Assembly (NCBI GenBank): GCA_002633005.1
Contig: NMRA01000254.1
Span: 494,533-558,532, forward strand
DNA: 64,000 nt
From: Phoronis australis
Taxonomy: Eukaryota; Animalia; Phoronida
Reading direction: 5' to 3'
Both the position numbers and the translations under genes were made by a program. Under the pieces are notes generated by a model, which did no database searches, was not told where the DNA came from, and saw only the letters and a program-made list of their open reading frames with translations. Below, piece after piece: positions 13,691-26,800 of the stretch (within the stretch, counting starts at the first letter, position 1; each line of letters starts with the position of its first letter).

Positions 13691-16030
13691 CTGTGGCGGA
13701 TCTACGGGGGGGGGGTCAGGGGGTTTAAACCACCCCCCTCGGGCCAGGACCCAAAAATTAAAAAAAGCGTCTCCAGCAAAACAAAAACGGCACCGCCAGC
13801 GTGTGTAAGCCCCAAGTAAACCAACTTGGAAAAAATTGAGGGGGGGGGGACTCACTCTGAAAATATATTTTTTTGCATTGTGAATTGCTGAGTCTTTGTG
13901 GCTCATCGGCAAAACGCGCGGGGATTTATTGTGCGCGCGCTTCTGTCGACATTTCTGATGTAGCCAAGCATTTTACATGGATTCACCGCTGAAAGAGCAG
14001 TTCTATAGCTGATTTCTTTAGGTAATTACCTTCTTTACTCTAAGATATATTTTGATTTGATTAGGGTAAATACTGCGGTGCCGCAATCCTGATATTCAGG
14101 CGAATTGAAGTGCAACGTTTTTACCTCATCTGTCATGCCGTGTCATTCTATTAGACTCAACACGTTTGTAACTGGTGTATAGTAAAGTTGTCTTGCGCAA
14201 TATCATAGAGTGTACATGTACATGTAATATTGTGTACATGTACATGTAATATTTAAAAAAAAATCTTTTTCCAAAGAATTGCTATTGTAGCGGGCGCCGA
14301 GGTCTGGTCGCGAGTCCGTTTGAAGACACACTCTATAACAACTAATGTCTATACAAGGAATGACCAAGGAGGCACTCACATTGAGAAAGTGACCGCATTC
14401 GCGAAAAGTGTACAGTACCAGAAATTGCGGGGAGGCCCTTCTTTCACAACAAAGTCTTGCGGGACTCGTGCGATGTTCAATAAGCCTCCTAAGGAGCCCT
14501 AGTTCCGACCTCAACACCTACCGTCTGTCTACCTGCAATAAGCACACTGCTGTCCTCTATAATGGGAATTTCCGCAGAAAGGCTTACCCGATGAAACGCT
14601 CATGCCCATGGGCATTTATTGATATTAGTACTTCGGGTTTCAAGCGTTCAGACATTGGGACGTTTATTTCGAAAATTGCAAGATATGCAAATAGGTCCTG
14701 GGATTCTTCGTCAAGGTTTGAAGTAGTCCATGATGAACGGATCAAATTTAGTTGCGCATGTAAGTCTTTTGAATGGACTTGGCATTCTCAAGGGTCTTAG
14801 TGTCAACTGAGCTGCGAAACGAGATGCTGACATTTGAGAGGCTTACAAGCTCATTGACACAGCAGTTGACGAAGTGCAAGCGTTGGGAACAAACATCGAA
14901 GATATCTGGGTAGAATGGTTCCAAGAGCAGCAAACCATTGGATCCTCGGCAGTCTAGACAACAGAAGGATAGGACTAACGTATGAGTAACCACTGGGGAT
15001 TAAACTTTTAGAGAAAAGTTTTCAATTCCAAATTTTTTGCATAGTACACTTTAGGTCTCGCAACGGACCAGGTCAGCTTGATTTGTGAAGATGTTGAGTT
15101 TTAGTGTACTTCTGGTCCCTCGGCGAACTAGTCTTGTGATTTTTTTACCAAAGTGTGCTTTGTAAAACTATTTATCTCAGCCAGTACTGTTTGTTCCAGC
15201 GACAGATCGACTATTTATATACGGATAATAAGCTCAGGTCAGAGTACTCTTGGTCTCGTGACGGACCAGGGCAGCTTTTTTATACTCTCAGTGTACATCT
15301 GGTCCCTCTGCAAACTAGTCCAGTGTATCTTTCACCACTGTGCACAGGATGTTTTGGTTTCGTGAAACTGTTTTCAGATGATTTCTTTCCTGATAGATTT
15401 GACGTTTTTCAATTGTTGTCAACGTGATTCAGCTTAATAAAGTGATACCTAATTATTTATTGTCGCTTTTAATAATAGACTATGAGTTGAGAGCACCATC
15501 GTTCGCCAGTTTTTCTCGTAAGGAGACAGAACACATGTTTATTTCCGGACTAACAGTACAGGTCTTCATTATTAAACAACTTGAGGCTGCTGTTACGCGA
15601 TCATCTGATATTCAAGTTTTTACGCCCAGTCGGTGCTCCTTAATTATGCTCTAGAATATTTGGAAATTGCCTAAGCCCCTGTATACACAACACAATTTTT
15701 CGTATACGGCTTTTCGTATGCTAAAAAACGTGTGTGTAAGCAGATGTTCCAACAAATTTTTTTGCTGGTGGCGTGACTCATACCCAGATGTGCATTATGT
15801 GCCAAGTTCATGTGACGAAATCGAGAACGGTTTTTAATTATCTTAAGAAAAACTCCAGAGACATGTTAAGTGACAGAAACTTACCAGGATGCATGGAAAT
15901 TTCACTATTTGGCAACAAAAACAAAAAAAATATGTTACACGGGAGGGGAAACTCCCCTCCTGACCTCCCCCCGCGACCTTGGCGGGAATCCTAAACCCCT
16001 TCCCTTGCTGAAAACTTAGATCCGCCACTG
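13691..16030 (-). mobile_element. Decayed hAT-like DNA transposon
   Basis: Inverted ends CTGTGGCGGATCTA (13691) and TAGATCCGCCACTG (16030) with G/C-run subtermini; minus-strand remnants KAALVRHETKS (~15245-15280) and MSERLKPEVLISINAHG (~14605-14657) resemble ZNF862-type hAT transposase. No clean 8-bp TSD seen. Confidence 0.55.
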
Positions 16031-16497
16031 GGCGTTCATTGTTGTAAGTACATGTACTTTGTGGAGGGGGATGGGGGCAAAACCTTATTTTTCTATGTGA
16101 CTAGCTAATATTATACCTATAATTCAAATTCCGAAAAAGCTCCCACGTCTACACTTGCAAAAAGGTGTTTTTGTTGCAAAAAATATTATGCACATTTCTA
16201 TCACTCGGTGCCGCTTTTCTACTAAATTGACCAATAAGAGGGCCAGATTGTATTGTTGTGCTGAATAATTTCAATATGGTAGCTCCCCTGGAGTGAGATC
16301 CTCATATAACCCAAGGTTCATGAAACATAGGCCTCCTAGCAAAAAGCTGAGTGACTGTGCATCTCTGTAGATCAGTATAGATGGAAACGAACAGGAGGTG
16401 TCACAAACGTCTGGAGGAAAACAGCTGCTCTGCTGCAGAAGTCTAACCATCAGAACAAAAGTTGAAAGGGCACAGTAGTAAAGTTTCAAGACACCAG

Positions 16498-16546
16498 TAG
16501 TAGCAGCTTTAGCAGCAGCAGCTGCAGCAGCAGCAGTAGTAGTAGT
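16498..16546. repeat. Compound (AGT)n/(AGC)n microsatellite
   Basis: tagtagcagctttagcagcagcagctgcagcagcagcagtagtagtagtg. Confidence 0.7.
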
Positions 16547-17635
16547 GACACAGATGTTGACCAAGATTTCCCAAGAAAATCAATTAGACATTCAAAATCT
16601 GAAACATCAAATGAGAAGTTCCTGAGACCTTGGTGCACCACTTGAATGCAGAAAAAGTATGTTATGGACCACAAATCAAGCAAGATAAAGAAGGCACAAC
16701 TTTCTAACTTTGGATACATAACAGGAAAGTGTTTTTGTAAGGCATATCTTTGTGTTTTCCAAGTGTGTTCAGTATGATAACCTGTTATTTTTAACAAGTT
16801 CACCCCCAAAGCTGTCCAGGCCTCAGACATTACTGCCGTCTCAGCTGGCCCCAGTAGAGATGGTGGCCATGCCATAGGCCCTCCACACGCCGGAAGGTTT
16901 TCCGCGAATCATGCATCACACTGATTAACCACCAAACTTGTATTGCAATAAATCGAAAAGTACCTTTTGCACGTAGAAAGGAGGCTTAGGAAGAAGCTGA
17001 TGTCCTTATTTCTTCCCAGCTCGAACAAAGACTCCCGCAACCAATCTTTATTCGAACAGTCGGTCGTTCAGTTGCACCAATCGGCAATTGGCCATGTGTT
17101 CCTCCTTGCGCCAGGGGATAAAAACTTGACGTCATGTTGCCGGTGTGATTTTAAACACTTTAAATCAAAACACCTTGGTGGCTGTAATAAATGTAGCCAC
17201 TGCAATCCTAGAACAGAAGTTCTCGTCCAATGCTTTGGGAGGGCTAAATGGAGTAGATGGTTGCAATGCACTGTTAAATGAACAAGCCCAAGTGGGTGTC
17301 ATCCCCCGCCGTAAACTGTGGAAGGGGCGACCCCCTTCTTATTTTTGAAAGCATTAATTACTTAGGTGCTTGCAATGGACTGTAATTGAGTAGAAATGCT
17401 CAAGTGACCGGTCTCCACCGTCATAATCTAAGTACAGGAGAAATCCCTGCCCATTCAGTCGCACGTTAATAATCTTAATGAACTTTGAATCTATTGACTA
17501 CAGTGTGAGCATCTGAATAAAGAAATTCAATTTCAATCAATTAACTGGTACATCAGCTGGCGTATTTTCAGCAACATCGGCTATGTAATGTCATTTTCAG
17601 ACAGTCAACGACATGTAATTGTGATACACTGGTGG

Positions 17636-17788
17636 CAGTGGCGGATTTAAGGGAGGGGCAAGGGAGATAGGATCCCTAACCTAAAATTCCATTTGGTAGC
17701 TCAGGGGTGAGAATGTCTGAAGGGTAAAATCCTGGTTAAAACTCTGCCCTGGCCCCCTCCTTAACACAAAATCCTGGATCCGCCCCTA
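17636..17788. mobile_element. Short non-autonomous hAT-like element (MITE)
   Basis: Starts CAGTGGCGGATTTA and ends GGATCCGCCCCT; same end type as 13691-16030. Confidence 0.6.
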
Positions 17789-17799
17789 TAAATGTTAGA

Positions 17800-19148
17800 T
17801 TAATATTAACAGTTCACGTTTTTTTTTCATCGCAAGCAGTAACTTTTTCCGGGAACCTGAACATGCTAATGGAATTCAAGGATAAAGACCTTGTTTCTTT
17901 TGAAGCCAAGTACATGTACCACAGATCATGCAACAAAAAATTGGCGAAGAGTAAAGAATCGACGGGTTTCAGTGATATATTTCTACAGTTTTGTTTGGAC
18001 TTCACTGAATCAAAGTTTTTAGCATGTGGAGATGTCATTTTCCAAAGCTAAAGCAAGAGTGTGAAGGCTTGCTTCAGAAAGCTAGTGTGCATGAAATCAT
18101 TTGGACAAGTAATCTGAAGAAACGACTGATGAAACTACCGAATGTTGCAGTTTATGCCCAAGCAAGGGAGACGAAAATGAATTGGTGCTAGAGCTCAATG
18201 ATTCACTTGCTGACAATTGACAAAGCAAGTAACACAGTCCATTGTAACATATTTTGAATCAAACATGCGCCAGAGTCCTGCCTGACTCCAAACAAGGACT
18301 ATTTGACCCTTCATTGCATGCGGGACAATCACTTGTACCAGTGTGCTGGCATGTTCTGCGTCCATACAAACATGTCGATATAGTTGGCTCCTTGGCAGTG
18401 AAGCTTTGCAGTTTAAACGAATGACATTGTCCACAACGCTTGGTAGTACTCAAAGTCAATGATGTACGGTGCTGTGCAAAAAGAATATATGCGCGAGGAA
18501 ATTGTGTTCGTGCCGCAATGCTGAGTTAAAATGTACAGAAATGTGCAGTTGCGACAACTGAAGTAACGTCAGCAACACTGACTCTATAACTTTGTACTGT
18601 GACGGCGACAATGAAGATTGCATATTTTAAGTCAAGGGTAGTACATAGACCGCCACCTTCTGAATACCCGTCATTTCGTGAGTTTTAGTTTACAACTCGG
18701 TTGTCTGACAGTTTTCTAGACAGTGTCAGAATGACCTACACCTGTAGTATTTTCATAAAGTCGATGCGCGCATTCACAGAGATCATCCAATTGTGTTGTT
18801 ATTTGTTCAACATATTTTTGTTATAATATGCAAGTATGTTGTACTGTATGTTATTAAAATTAATCAATGGTGCGGTCACTGAAGCGCAAGTGTACTTTTT
18901 ATTTTACCTTGTCAGGCAAAGATTGCTTGCTTTGCAAAAAGGTTAGAAAGTGCTGTTTTTCAAATTTAAGTTCACTAAGCTCAGTGGTAACTATTTCTTA
19001 ACTTCAAACTGAAAGTTCTTAGAATCAAGCACCATAATATGAGTAAACTTTTACAGTTAGAAAGCAGACTAATAAATTTATTCAAAAACACCAAAATAAA
19101 ATTGCCCCCCCCCCCCTAAAGTACCCACAAAACTCGGTCCACCGCCTA
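17800..19148 (+). mobile_element. Second AcademX-like remnant, internally deleted; left part may extend to ~16050 or 13664
   Basis: KDLVSFEAKY(MY)HRSC (17863-18051); C-terminal CRNAELKCTEMCSCDN (~18510-18558); ends ...CCACCGCCTA at 19148. Its reverse complement resembles GTACTTTGTGGAGGGGG..GGGGCAAAACCTTATTTT at ~16054-16092. Confidence 0.5.
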
Positions 19149-20208
19149 GAAGTAATGTTCACGTCTTTCTTGAGAAATATGCCTTTTCGTCACCATTTCT
19201 GTGTACGATGACTCCGAAAAATACAAACAAGGCCCACCATTCTGTCCTCCATCAATTTCAGGAACTCAATGTTACATGTAATTCTGAATTTTGACTTAAA
19301 TTTAGTATTGGGCTTGTTCTAAAAAACAGAAAGAACATCGGAACACGAGACCATCAAACTGGGTGATCATATGGCCGAAGGAAAATCAGGACAGGGGAGC
19401 TTAAGATTCGGGGAAGAACAATAATGGGGAATATACATTGTAGCGCCAGTTAACAAGCGTAGGATAAGTTGCTGAACGAGGGGCTGTACATGTACTGTAG
19501 GTACCGGAAATGATAGGAACGACCACAAAATGGCCACCGTATCATAAATTGATAAATTTAGATAGTAAAAACGCAAATGCAAGGTGGATTAAGATTTTTA
19601 CTAAAATTTTATTCTCTCGACTGATGAAACTTTTTGCACAATAAATGTAATCCGCATAATACGTACATGTAAGATCATGACTTACTTGGTGAACATGTAT
19701 CCAAGCATTTTCAGAAATTATGAATTCAATTCATTTAAGTTGCTTTAACAGAAATTGCCTAGATTTTGACTTTGGACGTGGTACCGACCTATCATTGACA
19801 GCGCCTCGTCGTCAAGATTTTTGTTAGAACTAATAAAAAAGGTAAATTCATATCAAAACATTGTTATCAATAATAAGACCAAGTTTTTGATAAAATTGTT
19901 CAAAAGAGCTGTCGCAGTTTACTCAATTACTCAATTTTTTGTGATTTTATTGGATGCATATTTAGATAGGCTTACTTTTAAAAATGGTAAAAAGGCCAAT
20001 TTTAACCAGTGTTTGATGAGAAATGAAGTACGAAGTACATGTAGAATGCACGAATCAAGTCTGGCGGTTTCGAGGAAACGATGTTGCAAGTTTTGATATT
20101 TTTGGGTTGGTTATAATCTTAATGTTTACATATTTGTACTACTGGTGTCCATTTGTCAAACGAGTCAACAACACCATAATCGATATCGTTCGACAACAGT
20201 TATTACAG

Positions 20209-20454
20209 AACGATGTGAATGTAAACACCTCGCGTCCGGCGATGACTACATTGGGACCATGTCAGTCACAATGTCGGGAAGGATGTGTCAGAGATGGGAT
20301 GCACAGACTCCCCATACTCATGAACGTACTACGCATCATGCGGACACACTTGAAAATAACTACTGCAGGAGCTCTCCCGCGGAACAGTCGCCGTGGTGTT
20401 ACACAACTGACCCTGAAGTGAGATTGGAGATATGTCCAGTACCCTTCTGTTCCG
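20209..20454 (+). CDS. Kringle exon K3 (paralog of K1)
   Basis: ttattacag|..|gtgagt, 246 nt, phase 1-1; RCECKHLASGDDYIGTMSVTMSGRMCQRWDAQTPHTHERTTHHADTLENNYCRSSPAEQSPWCYTTDPEVRLEICPVPFCS; flanking introns are homologous to those of K1. Confidence 0.9.
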
Positions 20455-20629
20455 GTGAGTGAAGAATGTGTAATCGATAATGAAGCTTTGTTTGTCCAGA
20501 AAACGGCATCATATTCTCTAATCAGACATGACAGTTTATCTTCAGGAAGCTGGTATTTTAAACGTATTCAATCCAGTTTTATAGGTAAGGTGGTCTATAC
20601 AGAGTGGTGCAAAATACGTCAAATCGCCC

Positions 20630-21770
20630 GAAATTAGGAAGACAAAGTCGCCCGTTAAAAAAAAATATTTATTATATTCCATAAAAATCTGCCAACGAGT
20701 CTCAAATATACAACGGACAACGAAAAAATGCCACTAGGGGGGCACACCGGTAGTCGGTTCCATCCAAATGTCGTTGTCGGTTTTAGACTTCATATAATAC
20801 TTTAGCCACATTTAATAAAGATCCTGGAGAGTATGAGAGATAAAGCCACAGATGAAAAACACTGCCACTAGGAGGCGTCACGGTACTCCGTAAGTCATCA
20901 TCAGCCACCCTCTCCACAGTAGAAACATAAACGGCTATGTTCATGCTTAAAGTGGTTTGGTTGATGGAAGGGCAGGCGCTAAAACAGACTAGAAAACAGG
21001 AAAAAATGGCCACTAGACGGCGCAAAATACCTCAAATCCATCCAAAATGGGAAAATGCCATTGATTCTTTAATAGAAAGCTATTTACCAATTTTCATAAA
21101 ATTCTGTCAAGGAACTTCAGAGAAACGGATTTGTATGAAAGTCGTTGTCGTCTGTTCTCCATACCATATAAACACCCATTCAATAAAGATATTGCAGTGG
21201 GTTTTGGACATACAGCTACATGTACATGTATGGGCGAAAAAAAACACTAGGAGGCGTCACAGTAGTCGAAGCCGTTGGAAAAAAATCACCGTGAACCGTC
21301 CTCTTCACACTAAGAAGATAAATGTATAATAATTCCAATTTTCAAAATCATCCTCAGAGTAGTTTTGTTGGTAGTGGGGATGATGCCAAAAAACAAATTC
21401 AAAGGCAGTAAACATGGCCACTTGGTTGCTCAAAATACTCTAATTCATCCGAAAACCGGAGTAGAGCGTGATCTCACTCAAAATGCCTTTGTGCCAAATT
21501 CCATGAAAATCCGTTGAGAACCTTTGAAGATACAGACGTAAACGCAAAAATAAAATTGCTACTAGGGGGCACACCGGTAGTCGTTTCCGTCCGAAATTCG
21601 TCGTCATTCGTTGTCATCTTGAAAGAAACACATAATTATGCCAAATCTCATTAAGATCGTGTGAGGAGCTTAGGAGATACAGCTGCGGACGCTCGTGGAC
21701 GATGGACGCTCTGACCACCAGACAGAGATGACGTCGTTATGCACCCACATATTAATACGTGGGTGGATAA
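20630..21770 (+). mobile_element. Helentron-associated (HINE-like) non-autonomous element with diverged tandem subrepeats; relatives at ~42700-43300 and ~59000-60260
   Basis: Repeated GCCACTAG(G/A)NGGC units with AATTTTCAT..AATCC blocks; GGAC-rich segment (~21687-21725); terminal hairpin CACCCACATATTAATACGTGGGTG followed by GATAAA. Confidence 0.55.
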
Positions 21771-22122
21771 AGAGCAAAGCTTTCTCAAAACTATTTGAGT
21801 TGGTGACGTAGCAAAATAATTTCTAAAACATATTTCCACCAACCTTCAGCTTATTGATTATTCACATGGAATTTCATTCAGTAGTTTTTTTATATTTGAA
21901 GATGTTATCGAGTGCCAAAGAACCGAAATATCCATTCACACCGAAACCTAAGATAATGGTGTTAATCAATGGCACTAGACACCCTTACATGTACCTTTAA
22001 AAACCATGTAAGCCTATTACACCTGAAGATGGCCGAATACATGACCAAACGAAACGTGGTGCCAATCTATTGTTCAAATATATCAATAGCATTTAGAAAA
22101 AAATATCTGTCATGTTTTACAG

Positions 22123-22283
22123 ACCATGAAGATTGTAAGAAAGATTTTAAGACATCCACTGCGACACCCTCCAGCAGCGCACCGGAGTATTTGGACCCTG
22201 AGCAAGTTGCAATACGCGCTCGTGTTGCTGAGTACTTTCGTGTCTGTAAACAACAAAGAGAAAGTTCAGATGATATACCTTAA
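22123..22283 (+). CDS. Probable terminal exon of the kringle gene (kringle-like start, then unrelated tail)
   Basis: gttttacag| acceptor in phase 1; DHEDCKKD matches K2 start GHQDCKRD; upstream intron is homologous to the K2 intron; continues TSTATPSSSAPEYLDPEQVAIRARVAEYFRVCKQQRESSDDIP*. Confidence 0.5.
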
Positions 22284-23012
22284 ACATGGCTGAGGTATGG
22301 TCCATCGTTCGAACCCTTCTGAAGAAACTGCTTGCAGATCAGTTGTTACTGTACGTTCTCCGAATGTAACAATACAGTGTATGTGTATCACTTATCTTTT
22401 CATATAGTAGATGTCGACAGCTGAGGAATTCAGTACCAAAATTTCCAAAACGACCGCCTGCTGCTCAGGCGAATAAATGTGGCTGTGTGCTGACTTGTAG
22501 AGTGAACCATGGTTTAAAATGTTGTAGTCATGGTTACAATGAGCCATCAATACTGAGAAATTTGTTGTTTCGTCGATCAGGTTTCACGAATAATGAATTT
22601 TCAATGGTTACCGCAGGTGATTGGCAAAGCACCTACGGTGATAAAGCCAACTATCTGCAATTATCGCTAACTGGGCAAAAGAGTTCAGTAGACGCTAGAG
22701 TGGCCCCTTTGACTCGGTGAAAAAAGCCCCCGGCTCTTTTGGGTGTTACGTTTCCCGATTGATGAAAACAGTGTCGGGACGTTTTTGTGTGTTGGGGCGA
22801 ACATTTCACTCTTGCGGAATGGTTAGGCTCAAACGTCCCGCTTTTTATCAGCAAGTCCCGCTTTTGAAACCAGTTGTCTTGTTTTTTCGTTTTCACATAT
22901 TGAACGTGACAACTACAGTATGATACGGGAGTTCAAAATGTCTCTTTAATGTTACGGATAAGTTATTTTCCACAGTCCACCTTCTTCGTAACAATCCCAA
23001 AAATGTGTTCCA

Positions 23013-23136
23013 NNNNNNNNNNNNNNNNNNNNNNNNNNNNNNNNNNNNNNNNNNNNNNNNNNNNNNNNNNNNNNNNNNNNNNNNNNNNNNNNNNNNNNNN
23101 NNNNNNNNNNNNNNNNNNNNNNNNNNNNNNNNNNNN
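23013..23136. other. Assembly gap (124 N) flanked by near-identical copies 21584-23012 and 23137-24388
   Basis: Sequence after the gap restarts at TTTCCGTCCGAAATTCG (=21584), and copy 1 ends exactly at the gap. Confidence 0.9.
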
Positions 23137-23675
23137 TTTCCGTCCGAAATTCGTCGTCATTCGTTGTCATCTTGAAAGAAACACATAATTATGCCAAATC
23201 TCATTAAGATCGTGTGAGGAGCTTAGGAGATACAGCTGCGGACGCTCGTGGACGATGGACGCTCTGACCACCAGACAGAGATGACGTCGTTATGCACCCA
23301 CATATTAATACGTGGGTGGATAAAGAGCAAAGCTTTCTCAAAACTATTTGAGTTGGTGACGTAGCAAAATAATTTCTAAAACATATTTCCGCAAACCTTC
23401 TGCTTATTGATTATTTACATGGAATTTCATTCAGTAGTTTTTTTATATTTGAAGATGTTATCGAGTGCCAAAGAACCGAAATATCCATTCACACCGAAAC
23501 CTAAGATAATGGTGTTAATCAATGGTACTAGACACCCTAACATGTACCTTTAAAAACCTTGAAAGCCTATTACACCTGAAGATGGCCGAATACATGACAA
23601 ACCGAAACGTGGTGCCAATCTATTGTTCAAATAGATCAAAAGCATTTAGAAAAAAATATCTGTCATGTTTTACAG

Positions 23676-23836
23676 ACCATGAAGATTGTAAGAAAGATTT
23701 TAAGACATCCACTGCGACACCCTCCCGCAGTACACCGGATTATTTGGACCCTGAGCAAGTTACAATACGCGCTCGTGTTGCTGAGTACTTTCGTGTCTGT
23801 AAACAACAAAGAGAAAGTTCAGATGATATACCTTAA
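23676..23836 (+). CDS. Second (probably allelic) copy of the kringle-gene terminal exon
   Basis: Same acceptor and stop as 22123-22283; differs as SRSTPDY..VTIR vs SSSAPEY..VAIR. Confidence 0.4.
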
Positions 23837-26800
23837 ACATGGCTGAAGTATGGTCCATCGTTTGAACCCTTCTGAAGAAACTCCTTGCAGATCAGTTGTT
23901 ATTGTACTATCTCTGAATTTAACAATACAGTGTATGTGTATCACTTATCTTTTCATATAGTAGATGTCGACAGTTGAGGAATTCAGTACCAAAATTTCCA
24001 AAACGACCGTCTACTGCTAGCCAACTATCTGCAATTATCGCTAACTGTGCAAAAGAGTTCATTAGACGCTAGAGTGTCCCCTTCGACTCGGTGAAAAAAA
24101 AGTCCCGGGCTCTTTTGGGTGTTACGCTTCCCGGTTGATAAAAACAGTGTCGGGACGTTTTTGTGTGTTGCGGCGAACATTTCACTCTTGCGGAATGGTT
24201 AGGCTCAAACGTCCCGCTTTTTATCAGCAAGTCCCGCTTTTGAAACCAGTTGTCTTGTTTTTTCGTTTTCAAATGTTGAACGTGACAACTACAGTATGAT
24301 ACGGGAGTTCAAAATGTCTCTTTAATGTTACGGATAAGTTATTTTCCACAGTCCACCTTCTTCGTAACAATCCCAAAAATGTGTTCCATTGTCTCTTGTT
24401 TGTGGTAAAATACACTTCACTTATTTACATGTATCAGGATAACAGATTTTTACTTTCTGAAGAAATGAGTTCAGTAAAGTTATGTGGAAAGTCTTACACT
24501 GCAACCGTTGTAATGAGCTACCCGCATTATATTTCGAAGCTGCAGAATAGGTGTTTCTCAGTTTTTTCTATCAGAAACCATCTGTATATTTTATAAAATC
24601 TACAATGGATTTAATCCTGCTTGACACGTGTGTGCGCTTATTAAAACACCATCCTCAGAATAAAAACCAGTGGCCCAACAACAAGTAAGGATACGCCGAC
24701 AGAGTCACTGACTTACAGGGGAGTATTACATGTAGTAGACTATACTGACAATGACAACCTGTGGTGTGTCCGTTGCCTATTCAGATTGAGCTTACAGCAA
24801 TTGATATGTAGATCACAGCCTCACTAATTTTCAGCTCCCTTGTTGTTCCTGGTTTTAACAAAGTCATTGAAAGAGCATCGCTCATAACAATCATTGGAGC
24901 TCTTAACATTTTTCATTCAGAATTTAGATGTTTCTTGGTCCGGGCTTTCAAGAGGCGAACAGTTTCGCCTATACAACTGGAGCAACATCCTGGATAGATA
25001 AATCTGTACAGTACCCTGGACCGTAGACCCACAGGAATTTTGTCCTTAGCGTTAAAAAAATTCACTGTTTCCGAGACTTGAATGTTAATATAACACTTGA
25101 GTTTGTATGGTAATAATTCACCAATTTGTTGAGTTTTGGTTGAGCAATTATGCCATAAAACTTAACATACATGTAACTCAGTAGTAGCAACAATATTTCA
25201 TAAAAAGACCTTCACTGGACTGTACACTCGCTTCCATAGCTAATTCTCTTCCTTTGTTTTACGGTGGATCTCATTAACTCTAATAGACAGCTTATATTGC
25301 ATTACATACCAGTCCACGAGAGCACCAGTCACCCAGCGGAAAGGTGGCGGTCAGACAATTTTCACCAAATTTGACACATACAGTGTAGGTAGTTCTATGG
25401 TATCTATAAACAATGGTAAAATATTTCCCCAAAATATTTCAATCTACCAAAGTTATAGGGTCAAACACATTTTACAGCTTCGCAGTCATGTTTCCATCTG
25501 TCTGATTTTAACTTTTTTTCGAGAATGAAATGTATTGAGCTATTATTCACTTGGCGGTGTTTAGTGATGGCAATAAATACACAAAACGTACCTCGATTGC
25601 CTACCTTATTCCGCGTTATTTATCCCATGCGCTTTAAATTCCTAAGTTCCTTACATTTTTTTCGGCAGATTTTGCAAATACTTCACCCAGACAGTTCACA
25701 TGGCGGATCACGTCCTGTATGTACATGTATGTACTTGGTCGTAAGTTTGCAAGTTTTCTCTTGTAAAAGAAACAGTTTTAAAAGTAACTATTTACTTCTT
25801 GAAAAGAGGTAGCAAAGATCAAAACAACGGCAACTGAGCAGTGAACTTGTAACATCTCCTGGAAATAGTTAAAAAACAATAATTTGATATTTTAATTTGC
25901 AAGGAATCGGCGCCTGAGTTGCAGACGATATAGTATTCAGCTATTGAAAACTGAGACATAAGTGTCTTATAATATACAGTTTTGTTCCAAATTTTACGTT
26001 TAGGGCCTGGTTGCATGTCGTGTGTTACTTACACTGTTGAAACTATATTACTTTAAACTATATTCGGAGTTTGATGATCGAACCGGCTGAAGACGTCGAG
26101 TCGACATTGGCCTACACTGTACCTTTTGAACTTTCCATGTCAGAGGTCGCTGTTGAAGAAGTGCGGGAGGTGAATACGGAAAACTTTATTTCATGGCCGT
26201 ATTTCCCTCGACAGATTCAACGCGCGTGGGATAAATCACTATAAAGATATTTTGAAAAACATACCGATTTCCAAACCTCATTTAGTAGTTTTACTATTTT
26301 ACCCCCGTTAAGCCATTTTGAGGTAGCTGCTCTACCAAATCTTCCTTACTGCTACGAGAATGAAACTACTTGGCCAAAATATTAACAAAACATGTTACTT
26401 TCGTCGCATAAATAAATACTTTGTCAGCCACATTATTAGTTAGACATTTTGGCACATCAAATGCACTAAAATGAGAAATTTTCAAAATCTGAGATTTGCT
26501 GCGTCAGCATGTATAATCAGACTGATATTTTACAATCGCGTTTGTTCCTCTTGAATGTTTTGAATGTTTCACTACATACCACCTAGGACTATCATACTCC
26601 TAGATGCCATACATGACTCGGCTCCATTTTTGTAAAAAGTCGCTGGACGTGAACTCGACAAATGTAGGTTATTTTAATTTTATAGTTCTTACGCCTTGTA
26701 ATTTTGTCATGGATATTTCATAACACATATTCAAATCAGATTACCCGTTGATCAAATGTTCATGTAATGCAATGTAATATCAAACGAATGATGAGTTTAG

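Noticed and set aside
14291-14502. Phase-1 AG plus open frame (AEVWSRVRLKTH..KPPKEP*) with faint similarity to K2 (gaaattgcggggagg, ttcacaacaaa) and to AEVWSIVR at ~22289
   Set aside because: Lies inside the hAT-like element, lacks the kringle Cys/Trp pattern, and the matches are too short to exclude chance.
16270-16900. Poly-Ala/Leu/Ser ORFs
   Set aside because: Produced by a trinucleotide microsatellite; no domain or splice support.
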